Assembly (NCBI GenBank): GCA_017450025.1
Contig: JAFSYJ010000039.1
Location: 24,681 to 88,680 of the forward strand
DNA from: Clostridia bacterium
GTDB lineage: Bacteria > Bacillota > Clostridia > UMGS1883 > UMGS1540
DNA length: 64,000 nucleotides
Reading direction: 5' to 3'
The position numbers and the translations under genes were made by a program. How positions within the stretch are numbered: position 1 is the first letter of the stretch; each line of letters opens with the position of its first letter. The notes below the pieces were generated by a model that saw nothing but the letters and a program-made list of their open reading frames with translations, made no database searches and was not told where the DNA came from. Shown here piece after piece: positions 39,653-49,117 of this stretch.

Positions 39653-41722
39653 TCAAACAGAATAAAGCAGATCGCCGTATGTCGGGAACGGCCAATGCTT
39701 TTTAGATGTCAAAAACTCCGCTTCGTCGGCGCAGGCTCTTATTTTCTGCATAAGCGGCAAGATAACATCTTTGCAGTAAACGGCGTCGTTTTCCGCATTA
39801 TCTTTGACTTTTTCGTACTCGTTTGTATAGCTGTATAGCAAATCGGCAATTTCCGACAGCTTTCTTATTACATCTTCTTCATAATTACAATGCATTGACG
39901 CGCTGACGCTGCGCTTTTTTAAGGCGCTTTCGCTGAGTTCGCTGGTATATGCAACTATTGCGGGCAAAACGCGCTTGCGTACCATTCGATACATCGTCTG
40001 TGCTTCTATGCAGACTGTTTTTGCGTAATTTTCGAGCATAATCTCACAGCGTGAGTGGATTTCTTCTTCCCTGAATATTTTATGCTTTGTAAAGAGAGCT
40101 ACATTTTTATCGTCAGAAAGATGCGGGAACGCGTCAACGGCTGTTTTATAGTTGAGAAGTCCGCGTTCTTCCGCCTCCGCTACCCATTCGTCCGAATAAT
40201 TGTTGCCGTTAAAAATTATTCTTTCGTGCGCCTTGAGCGTGTCTCTTATAAGTGCAAACAAATCTCCCTTAAAGTTTTTGCTTTCTTCAAGAGCATCGGC
40301 AAAATTACCGAGTTCTTCGGCAACTATTGTGTTGAGAATGTAGTTTGGCTCGGCAATCGAAGCGGACGAACCCGGCATACGGAACTCAAACTTGTTGCCC
40401 GTAAACGCAAAAGGCGATGTGCGGTTGCGGTCTGTCGTGTCGCGGAAGAATGTCGGCAGTACCTTTGCAGAAACCTTCATTTCTTCCGAATCCTTGCGGT
40501 TATACAAAGTGCCGTTTGCTATCGCGGAAAGTATCTCCGTCAAATCGTCACCCAAGAACATCGAAATTATCGCAGGCGGTGCTTCCGCCGCTCCAAGCCT
40601 GTGGTCGTTGCCTGCCGAGGCTATCGAAATACGCAGCAAATCCTGATATTCGTCAACTGCTTTTATAACAGCCGTCAAAAACAGCAAAAACTGTGCGTTT
40701 GATTCCGGCGTGTCGCCGGGGTTTAAGAGGTTTTCGCCATTATTAGTTGTTAAAGACCAATTATTATGCTTGCCGCTGCCGTTAATGCCTGCAAAAGGCT
40801 TTTCGTGCAGGAGGCACGCCATACCGTGCTTGTCTGCGACCTTACGCATATACTCCATAGTGAGCTGGTTTTGGTCTGTTGCAATATTTGCCGTTGTAAA
40901 GACAGGCGCAAGCTCGTGCTGTGCGGGTGCGGCTTCGTTATGCTCCGTTTTGGCAAACACGCCGCGCTTCCACAGCTCCTCGTCAAGCTCCTTCATAAAC
41001 GCTTTTACACGCGGCTTTATAAGACCAAAGTAGTGGTCGTCTTTTTGCTGGTCCTTCGGAGCCTTCGCGCCGAAAAGCGTTCTGCCGCAGTAAATTAGGT
41101 CAGGGCGTTTGTTAAACGCCTCTTTATCTATAAGAAAATACTCTTGCTCTGCGCCTACCGTTGCAATAACGCGCGTAGTAGCCGTATCGCCGAAAAGGCG
41201 TAAAATACGAACTGCCTGCTTGCTTAAAACATCCATAGAGCGCAAAAGCGGTGTTTTCATATCCAAAGCCTCGCCGCCGTAAGACCAGAACGCCGTAGGT
41301 ATGCACAGAGTGTTATCCTTTATAAACGCGTAAGAAGTAGGATCCCACGCCGTATAGCCGCGTGCCTCAAATGTGGCACGAAGTCCGCCTGACGGAAAGC
41401 TCGAAGCGTCAGGTTCACCCTTCATAAGATCTTTTCCGGTAAACTCGGATATAACACTGCCATCGTCTTGAGGCGAAATAAATCCGTCATGTTTTTCAGC
41501 TGTAAAGCCTGTCATCGGCTGAAACCAATGCGTATAATGCGTCGCGCCGTTTTCTACTGCCCAATCCTTCATAGCTGATGCGACAACATTTGTAACCGAC
41601 GAATCAAGCCGTTTTCCGTCTTTTATAGTCTTACGAAGCACTTTATATGTATCCTTTGGCAACCTCTCCTGCATAACCTTGTCGCTGAACACAAGACTGC
41701 CGAAAATTTCGGGTACATTCAT
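39653..41722 (-). CDS. glnN: Type III glutamine synthetase
   Basis: 689 aa. N-terminal [23 protein letters not shown] characteristic of GSIII. GS catalytic-domain motifs. Confidence 0.9.
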   Translation of the reverse strand: MNVPEIFGSLVFSDKVMQERLPKDTYKVLRKTIKDGKRLDSSVTNVVASAMKDWAVENGATHYTHWFQPMTGFTAEKHDGFISPQDDGSVISEFTGKDLMKGEPDASSFPSGGLRATFEARGYTAWDPTSYAFIKDNTLCIPTAFWSYGGEALDMKTPLLRSMDVLSKQAVRILRLFGDTATTRVIATVGAEQEYFLIDKEAFNKRPDLIYCGRTLFGAKAPKDQQKDDHYFGLIKPRVKAFMKELDEELWKRGVFAKTEHNEAAPAQHELAPVFTTANIATDQNQLTMEYMRKVADKHGMACLLHEKPFAGINGSGKHNNWSLTTNNGENLLNPGDTPESNAQFLLFLTAVIKAVDEYQDLLRISIASAGNDHRLGAAEAPPAIISMFLGDDLTEILSAIANGTLYNRKDSEEMKVSAKVLPTFFRDTTDRNRTSPFAFTGNKFEFRMPGSSASIAEPNYILNTIVAEELGNFADALEESKNFKGDLFALIRDTLKAHERIIFNGNNYSDEWVAEAEERGLLNYKTAVDAFPHLSDDKNVALFTKHKIFREEEIHSRCEIMLENYAKTVCIEAQTMYRMVRKRVLPAIVAYTSELSESALKKRSVSASMHCNYEEDVIRKLSEIADLLYSYTNEYEKVKDNAENDAVYCKDVILPLMQKIRACADEAEFLTSKKHWPFPTYGDLLYSV

Positions 41723-41788
41723 TACAGTATCCTCCTTAGAGAAAATTCGTTATTTATAATTTTATAATATCATAACGGTTTTGTCAAA

Positions 41789-44700
41789 TTAAATTTCAAT
41801 CTCGCCCGTGTATATAAGCTCCGCGTCACCCGTCATAAATACGGTTTCATCAGTATAATTTACGATCAGGTCGCCGCCGAGGAGCTTAACCTTAATATCC
41901 TTGCCCTTTTCGCAATATCCGTTAAGGCACGAAGCCACAGCCGCCGCGCACGCGCCAGTTCCGCAGGCGTGAGTTTCTCCGTTGCCTCTCTCCCACACGC
42001 GCATCTGAACTGTATCCCTGTCAATTATCTTAATGAACTCCGTATTGACGCGCTCGGGGAAGTAATCGCTGTTTTCAAACATAGGTCCGATTGTTTCAAT
42101 GTCAAGACCTTCAAGGTCGTCAACAAAAGTTATACAATGGGGATTGCCCATTGAAACGCAGGTTATGTTATACTCCTTGCCGTTTACCTTTATTGCACGG
42201 TCTATTATAACCTCTCCCGAAAGCTTTACAGGGATTTGCGAAGGCTCAAGCACGGCCGCACCCATATCAACACGCGCTTTTATTACCTTTTTGTCGTGCT
42301 TTATAACGCTGACCTTTTTAATGCCGCTTTTTGTTTCTATCGTCATTTCGCTCTTGTCAACTATTTTGTTGTCAGCAAGGTATTTTGCAACACAGCGGAT
42401 TGCATTTCCGCACATTTTACCCTCGCTGCCGTCCTTGTTGAAAATCCGCATTTCAGCGTCGGCGATTTTGCTCGGTCCCATAAGGATAATACCGTCTCCG
42501 CCAATACCCAAAAAGCGGTCGGAAAGCCTTACGCTTAAACCTTCGGGATTGTCGATTTTTTGGTCGAAGCAAGCAAAGTATATATAGTCGTTGCCCGTGC
42601 CGCACATTTTTGTGAACTTAAGCTTGGAGCGTTCTTTTCGCATTGCGTTAATATCAACAAGCTCCGTTGACTGCTCCGTATATCTGCTCTTTATGCTGTC
42701 GGCAACGGCGTGCGCCGTGTCAATCGAAGTAAGACACGGAATATGGTGGTCTATCGCTTTTCTCCTTATCTTAACGCTGTCACGCGATGGCAATCTGCCC
42801 TTTGTAGAAGTCGAAATAACATAGTTCACCTTGCCGCTTTCGAGAAGAGTGAGCGCGTTGTCGTCCGATGTGTGGATTTTTTCTACCTTTGTATATGCAA
42901 TTCCGCCGCGCTGTAAGACCTCGCCTGTGCCTTCGGTTGCGTAAATCTTAAAGCCCAAGTCATGGAATTTCTTTGCAACATCAAATATTTCGGACTTGTC
43001 TCTGTCTTTAACGCTTATAAGAACGCCACCGTGCTTTTTAAGTGAATAGCCTGCCGCCGTAAGACCCTTGTGCAAGGCTTCTTCAAGGCTGCCTGCAACG
43101 CCGAGGACTTCGCCCGTTGACTTCATCTCCGGTCCGAGCTGGGAATCAACATTTATAAGCTTTTCAAACGAGAATACAGGAACCTTTACGGCAACATACG
43201 CGCCGTGCGGATAAAGTCCCGTGCCGTAGCCCATATCGGACAGCTTTTCGCCAAGCATTGCCCTTGTCGCAAGGTCAACCATCGGAACGCCCGTAACCTT
43301 GCTGATATACGGTACTGTTCTTGATGAGCGCGGATTAACCTCTATTACATAAAGCTCGTTTTCATATATAAGATATTGAATATTTACAATTCCCAATACA
43401 TTCAAGCCAAGCGACAGCTTTTCGGTACATTCAATAATTCTCTCACGCATTTCATCGGACACATTTATATCGGGATAAATCGCAATCGAGTCGCCCGAAT
43501 GAACGCCGGCGCGCTCTATATGCTCCATAATGCCGGGAATAAGAATATCCTTGCCGTCGCAAATCGCGTCAACCTCAAGCTCTGTTCCCATAAGGTATTG
43601 GTCGATAAGCACGGGGTTTTCTATGCCCTGTGCAAGAATGATTGCCATATACTCGCGTATGTCGTCGGGCGTAAATGCTATTATCATATTCTGACCGCCC
43701 AGAACATACGACGGACGCATCAAAACAGGATAGCCGAGTGCTTCAGCCGCTTCAAGTGCTTCGTCACAGGTCATAACGGTTGCGCCCTTCGGGCGTTTTA
43801 TTTTGAGCTTTTCCAAAAGCTCGTCAAAGCGTTCCCTGTCCTCCGCCGCGTCAATGCTGTCAGCAGATGTGCCGAGTATGTTAACACCAATACTGCTTAA
43901 ATAATTCGTCAGCTTTATTGCCGTTCCGCCGCCGAATGCAACTACAACACCCCAAGGCTTTTCGGTCTCTATTATATTTCTTACATCTTCTTTTGTGAGC
44001 GGTTCAAAATACAGTCTATCGGCGGTATCAAAATCGGTTGAAACAGTCTCAGGGTTGTTGTTCACGATAACAAGCTCGTACCCTGCCTCCTTGAGTGCCC
44101 ATACGCAATGAACGGAAGCATAGTCAAACTCTATTCCCTGCCCTATTCTGATAGGTCCTGAGCCGAGAACCATAACCGTCTTTTTGTTCGATTTGTGACT
44201 GTCAATAAACTCACGCGCTTCGTTTTCGTCATCGTATGTCGAATAAAAATACGGAGTCTGTGCCGAAAATTCCGCAGCGCAGGTATCAACCATTTTATAC
44301 GACGCTTTTCTCGGATTTTTTACCTTCTGTCCCGAAAGCTCCTCAATCGTCTTGTCAAGATAGCCTGCTTTTTTGGCTTTGAGATACAATTCGTCTGTAA
44401 GAGGCTCAGATGCGAGCGTTTTTTGAATATTTGCAAGATTTAAAAGCTTGTATAAGAACCAGCGGTCTATTTTTGTGATCTCGTTTATTCTTTCGGGCGT
44501 GATGCCGCGCGTAAGAGCCTCGTATACTACAAAAAGCCTCTCGTGGTCGCAGACATTTAAAAGCGACTCAACTTCCGCGTCGGTCATATCTTTATATTTG
44601 TCGCTGCGTAGAGAATCCTTTGAAATTTCCGCTCCGCGCACCGCCTTCATAATAGCAGCCTCAAATGTGGATTCAATAGCCATTACCTCGCCTGTTGCTT

Positions 44701-45829
44701 TCATCTGTGTACCGAGGTTTTTCTTGGCATACACAAATTTATCAAACGGCCATTTGGGGAACTTAACTACAACATAGTCGATTGCAGGCTCAAAGCAAGC
44801 GTATGTATTGCCTGTTACGGCGTTTAAAATCTCGTCAAGCGAGTAGCCTATTGCAATCTTCGTTGCAACCTTTGCAATAGGATAGCCCGTAGCCTTTGAA
44901 GCAAGTGCCGAGGAACGCGAAACACGCGGATTAACTTCAATAACGGCATATTCAAAGCTGTCGGGATTAAGAGCAAACTGGCAGTTGCAGCCGCCCTCGA
45001 TTTTAAGTTCCTCTATAATGTCAAGCGCAGCAGTACGGAGCATCTGATATTCCTTGTCAGAAAGCGTTATCGCAGGCGCAATAACGATACTGTCGCCTGT
45101 GTGAACGCCGACAGGGTCAATGTTTTCCATACTGCAAACCGTGATTTTGTTGCCGCGGCTGTCGCGGATAACTTCAAATTCGATTTCCTTCCAGCCTGAA
45201 ACACACTTTTCAACAAGCACCTGGTGGATAGGCGACATAACAAGACCGTTTGAGCAGGTCTCAATGAGTTCTTCGCGGTCAGAGACGATACCTCCGCCTG
45301 TTCCGCCGAGAGTAAAAGCAGGGCGGATAATAAGCGGATATCCAATCTGCTCCGCAAATTCGAGTGCTGAATCAAGGTCGTTTACAACGATCGAAGGAAT
45401 ACACGGCTGACCGATTTTTTCCATCGTGTTTTTAAAAATCAGCCTGTCCTCCGCCTTGTCTATCGTTTCAGGATTCGCACCGAGAAGCTTTACATTGTTT
45501 TTTTCCAAAAAGCCCTCTTTTGCAAGCTGCATAGAAAGCGTCAGTCCCGTCTGACCGCCCAATGTTGACAAAAGACTGTCGGGGCGTTCTTTTTCTATTA
45601 TTCTTTTAACGGTTTCAAGCGTCAGCGGCTCTATATAAATCCTGTCTGCCATTTTGTTATCCGTCATAATGGTCGCAGGGTTTGAGTTTACAAGCACAAC
45701 CTCAAGTCCGTCTTCTTTAAGAGCGCGGCACGCCTGCGTTCCTGCATAGTCAAATTCAGCCGCCTGACCGATAACAATAGGTCCGGAGCCTATAACCATT
45801 ACTTTTTTAATATCACTTCTGAGCGGCAT
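41789..45829 (-). CDS. carB-dapF: Carbamoyl-phosphate synthase large subunit (CarB) continuing without a stop into diaminopimelate epimerase (DapF): a 1346-aa fusion ORF
   Basis: Residues 1 to about 1070 carry two ATP-grasp halves plus an MGS-like domain (typical CarB). The reading continues ...VDINAMRKERSK-LKFTKMCGTGNDYIYF... into a full DapF with both catalytic Cys motifs (MCGNAIRC, HACGTGACA). I re-translated the junction DNA by hand and found no stop. Confidence 0.85.
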   Translation of the reverse strand: MPLRSDIKKVMVIGSGPIVIGQAAEFDYAGTQACRALKEDGLEVVLVNSNPATIMTDNKMADRIYIEPLTLETVKRIIEKERPDSLLSTLGGQTGLTLSMQLAKEGFLEKNNVKLLGANPETIDKAEDRLIFKNTMEKIGQPCIPSIVVNDLDSALEFAEQIGYPLIIRPAFTLGGTGGGIVSDREELIETCSNGLVMSPIHQVLVEKCVSGWKEIEFEVIRDSRGNKITVCSMENIDPVGVHTGDSIVIAPAITLSDKEYQMLRTAALDIIEELKIEGGCNCQFALNPDSFEYAVIEVNPRVSRSSALASKATGYPIAKVATKIAIGYSLDEILNAVTGNTYACFEPAIDYVVVKFPKWPFDKFVYAKKNLGTQMKATGEVMAIESTFEAAIMKAVRGAEISKDSLRSDKYKDMTDAEVESLLNVCDHERLFVVYEALTRGITPERINEITKIDRWFLYKLLNLANIQKTLASEPLTDELYLKAKKAGYLDKTIEELSGQKVKNPRKASYKMVDTCAAEFSAQTPYFYSTYDDENEAREFIDSHKSNKKTVMVLGSGPIRIGQGIEFDYASVHCVWALKEAGYELVIVNNNPETVSTDFDTADRLYFEPLTKEDVRNIIETEKPWGVVVAFGGGTAIKLTNYLSSIGVNILGTSADSIDAAEDRERFDELLEKLKIKRPKGATVMTCDEALEAAEALGYPVLMRPSYVLGGQNMIIAFTPDDIREYMAIILAQGIENPVLIDQYLMGTELEVDAICDGKDILIPGIMEHIERAGVHSGDSIAIYPDINVSDEMRERIIECTEKLSLGLNVLGIVNIQYLIYENELYVIEVNPRSSRTVPYISKVTGVPMVDLATRAMLGEKLSDMGYGTGLYPHGAYVAVKVPVFSFEKLINVDSQLGPEMKSTGEVLGVAGSLEEALHKGLTAAGYSLKKHGGVLISVKDRDKSEIFDVAKKFHDLGFKIYATEGTGEVLQRGGIAYTKVEKIHTSDDNALTLLESGKVNYVISTSTKGRLPSRDSVKIRRKAIDHHIPCLTSIDTAHAVADSIKSRYTEQSTELVDINAMRKERSKLKFTKMCGTGNDYIYFACFDQKIDNPEGLSVRLSDRFLGIGGDGIILMGPSKIADAEMRIFNKDGSEGKMCGNAIRCVAKYLADNKIVDKSEMTIETKSGIKKVSVIKHDKKVIKARVDMGAAVLEPSQIPVKLSGEVIIDRAIKVNGKEYNITCVSMGNPHCITFVDDLEGLDIETIGPMFENSDYFPERVNTEFIKIIDRDTVQMRVWERGNGETHACGTGACAAAVASCLNGYCEKGKDIKVKLLGGDLIVNYTDETVFMTGDAELIYTGEIEI

Positions 45830-46882
45830 TTATTTTACCCCCTTAATCATCTTTTTAAAATCCGCAATCAGGCTGTCAAAGTCGAGTGCGCTTTTGCCAG
45901 TGCTCGGGTTAAACTGAACGGAAAAAGCGGGTATGTTTTTGTATTTTAACCCCTCGCAAGTGCCGTCATTTACATTTTTAAGATAAATTTCCGAATTTTC
46001 AGGTGCGCAGCTTACTGTGTATCCCCTGTTTTGGCTTGTTATGTAAACCTGTCCGCTTTCAATGTCCAAAACAGGCTGGCTAGCTCCGCGGTGACCGTAT
46101 TTGAGCTTTTCCGTTTTGCCGCCGTGTGCAAGTGCCAAAAGCTGATGCCCGAGGCATATCCCAAATGTCGGAATACTTGACAGTTTTTTGATTTCTTCGA
46201 TAATTTCAGTGTTATCCGCAGGGTCGCCCGGTCCGTTTGAAAGAACAATGCCGTCGGGCGAAAAAGCCTTGATTTCTTCTGCTGAAGTATCGGCAGGAAC
46301 GGTTATAACATTAAATCCGTTTTCTGCAAGCTTTTCCGACATATTGCGCTTTTCACCAAAGTTCCACAAAACAACAGTCTTGTCCGCTCCTTCTGTTTTA
46401 ATTTCGGATTTTACGCCTGTATCAACGGATTTTACAGCGTTTTCAATCTTATACGACTTGATTTTTTCGTCATAGTCGGGCGTAAATGATATTTTGGCGT
46501 TCATAACGCCTTCCTCGCGTACAATCTTTGTAATTGCACGGGTATCAAGACCGACTATACAGGGAATACCGTTTTCTTTGAGATAATCTTCAAATTTACC
46601 CTCGCATCTGAAATTTGACGGAGTCTCGCAAAGCTCTCTTACAACATAGCCGTTTAAATAGGGCTTTTCGCCCTCGATATCTTCAGGAATAACGCCGTAA
46701 TCCCCTATCGTCGGGAATGTCTGTATAACTATCTGCCCGAAATAGCTTGGGTCTGTGACGGTTTCGGGATAGCCTGTCATAGCGGTTGTAAAAACAAGCT
46801 CGCCGACAGCCTCTTTGCGTGCGCCTGCCGAAAGCCCCTCAAACACCGTACCGTTTTCCAAAATCAAATAAATCTTGTCCAT
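45830..46882 (-). CDS. carA: Carbamoyl-phosphate synthase small subunit (glutamine amidotransferase)
   Basis: CarA N-domain plus class-I GATase with GICLGHQLL. Stop TAA directly abuts the carB ATG. Confidence 0.9.
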   Translation of the reverse strand: MDKIYLILENGTVFEGLSAGARKEAVGELVFTTAMTGYPETVTDPSYFGQIVIQTFPTIGDYGVIPEDIEGEKPYLNGYVVRELCETPSNFRCEGKFEDYLKENGIPCIVGLDTRAITKIVREEGVMNAKISFTPDYDEKIKSYKIENAVKSVDTGVKSEIKTEGADKTVVLWNFGEKRNMSEKLAENGFNVITVPADTSAEEIKAFSPDGIVLSNGPGDPADNTEIIEEIKKLSSIPTFGICLGHQLLALAHGGKTEKLKYGHRGASQPVLDIESGQVYITSQNRGYTVSCAPENSEIYLKNVNDGTCEGLKYKNIPAFSVQFNPSTGKSALDFDSLIADFKKMIKGVK

Positions 46883-47065
46883 TGTACGCTTCCTTTCTCA
46901 AAAAAAAATTGACACATTCATCTTACAAAAAAAGATAAACAGGTCAACCGTCTATATTACAAATCATCGTTTTTAACACTGTATTTACCATAACTTTATC
47001 CTCATTTATTTTTTTATAATTATAACACATTTTGTAATAAAATGCAAATGTTTTTTCAAATTCTT

Positions 47066-47094
47066 TTGACATTTATTGATGCCCGTGGTAAAAT
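47066..47094 (+). promoter_or_regulatory. Sigma-A promoter of the ABC-F gene
   Basis: TTGACA, a 17-nt spacer, then TAAAAT. Confidence 0.4.
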
Positions 47095-47101
47095 TTAATC
47101 T

Positions 47102-48997
47102 ATGATAATATTAAATGCAAACAAAATTTCAAAGCAATTCGGCGGACAGGCGTTATTTGATGACGCCTCTTTTGTCGTTGACGAAAAAGACAGGATAGGC
47201 TTTATAGGCGCAAACGGCGCAGGTAAAACAACACTTTTTAAAATCCTTACAGGCGAATTAAATCAGGATTCGGGAAGTATCACATTATCCTCGGATACAA
47301 GCGTCGGATATATGAAGCAAAACCCTTCTTTTAAAAGCGGCAATACGCTTTACGACGAGGTTGTTTCTGTTTTTGACAATCTTAAAGAAATGGAAAACGA
47401 CTTAATGCTTATCGAGAGCGAAATTGAAAACGGAAACTACTACGACAAGATAATTATGCGCCAGCAGGAACTTTTAAAAAAATATACAGACCTCGGCGGC
47501 TTGACATACAAGTCAAGGACTAATGCTATGCTTCGTGGGCTTGGCTTTTCAGAAAACGATTTTAAAAAATGCTGCAATCTTCTGTCGGGCGGCGAGCAGA
47601 CGCGCGCGTGCCTTGCAAAGCTCCTTTTGTCGGACGCGAGACTGCTTCTTCTTGACGAGCCGACAAACCACCTTGATATGAGTGCGCTGGAGTTTTTGGA
47701 AGGCTTTTTGTCATCTTATGACGGGGCGTTTATTACGATTTCGCACGACAGGTATTTTCTTGACAAGATAACAAACAAGACAATGGAGCTGCGAAACCGC
47801 AAGCTTGACTTTGCTCCCCTGCCCTATACGCAGTACCTTGAATTTACCGCAAAGCGCCGCGCGGATGAGGAAAAGCAATATCGCGAGGACATAAAAGAGA
47901 TAAAGCGCATTGAGGGAATAATAGAGACGCAAAAGCGTTTTAACCGTGAGAGAAATATAAGAATGGCAGAAAGTAGGCAAAAAGTTCTCGACAAAAAAAC
48001 AGCTGCGCTCAAAACGCCCGAAAAGGAGCAAAGCAAAGCTAAATTTGACTTTTCCAAAGCGACGCGGACAGGCAAAGATGTTTTGAAGATCGAAGGTCTT
48101 GCAAAAGCATTTGGTGAAAAAATGGTTTTTGAAAACTTTAATCTCGATATAAAGCGTGGAGAAACCGTCTTTTTGCTCGGTGCAAACGGTGCAGGGAAAA
48201 CGACGATACTGAACATAATTGACGGCTCTTTGGAGGCTGACAGAGGCGAAATCATATACGGCACGGGAGTAGAAACAGGCTATTACCGCCAGCACAGTAT
48301 TTTAAACCCCAATAAAACCGTTATCGAAGAAATACAAGACGATTTCCCCCAGATGACTGTGACCGAAACAAGAAACGCCCTTGCCGCGTTTACATTTTAC
48401 GGCGATGATGTTTTCAAGTCCATAAGCAGTTTAAGCGGCGGCGAAAAGGCGCGTATTTCTATCTTAAAGCTAATGCTTAAAAGCCCGAACTTTATTATAA
48501 TGGACGAGCCGACAAACCACCTTGATTTGCCGTCGCGTGAAGCGTTGGAAAATGCGCTTGCAAATTATGATGGCACAACGCTTATCGTATCTCACGACCG
48601 TTACTTTATAAATAAGCTGGCAAGCAAAATCGTGACATTTACGGAGCGCGGCTCGCAAGAGTATAACGGAAACTATGACTATTATCTGTCACACCGCCTT
48701 CCCGACTATGCGGAGGTCGTGAAAAAAGCAAAAGAAACAGATTATCAAAAAGAAAAAGAATTCAAATCCGCTGTCCGCAAGCTGAAAAATGAACTGCAAA
48801 AGTCCGAAGATGAAATCTCGTCACTTGAAAACGGAATTGAAGTCTTAAACGCCAAGCTTTTGGAAACGGGCGCTGATTATGAAAAAGCGGCAAGCCTTTC
48901 GCAGGAAATAGATGAACTGCAATCCGCACTCGATAAGGCATATTCAGAGTGGGAAAAAATAAATATAGAGTTGGACTCTTTACAGCAAGACAGTTAA
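47102..48997 (+). CDS. ABC-F family ATPase (two ABC domains, interdomain linker, C-terminal coiled coil; Uup/EttA-like translation factor or ARE-type)
   Basis: Two Walker A (GANGAGKTT x2), two LSGGE signatures, no TM domains, and a K/E-rich C-terminal coiled coil. Confidence 0.85.
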   Translation: MIILNANKISKQFGGQALFDDASFVVDEKDRIGFIGANGAGKTTLFKILTGELNQDSGSITLSSDTSVGYMKQNPSFKSGNTLYDEVVSVFDNLKEMENDLMLIESEIENGNYYDKIIMRQQELLKKYTDLGGLTYKSRTNAMLRGLGFSENDFKKCCNLLSGGEQTRACLAKLLLSDARLLLLDEPTNHLDMSALEFLEGFLSSYDGAFITISHDRYFLDKITNKTMELRNRKLDFAPLPYTQYLEFTAKRRADEEKQYREDIKEIKRIEGIIETQKRFNRERNIRMAESRQKVLDKKTAALKTPEKEQSKAKFDFSKATRTGKDVLKIEGLAKAFGEKMVFENFNLDIKRGETVFLLGANGAGKTTILNIIDGSLEADRGEIIYGTGVETGYYRQHSILNPNKTVIEEIQDDFPQMTVTETRNALAAFTFYGDDVFKSISSLSGGEKARISILKLMLKSPNFIIMDEPTNHLDLPSREALENALANYDGTTLIVSHDRYFINKLASKIVTFTERGSQEYNGNYDYYLSHRLPDYAEVVKKAKETDYQKEKEFKSAVRKLKNELQKSEDEISSLENGIEVLNAKLLETGADYEKAASLSQEIDELQSALDKAYSEWEKINIELDSLQQDS

Positions 48998-49117
48998 CCG
49001 TAAATATCGCGGCGAGGTATGTCCTCGGGCAATCACCGTGTTTAAAAAAAGTATTTACAATTTATATTATATATGATAAAATTATTAAAAATAATTTTTA
49101 TACGAAGAGGGTTTAAT

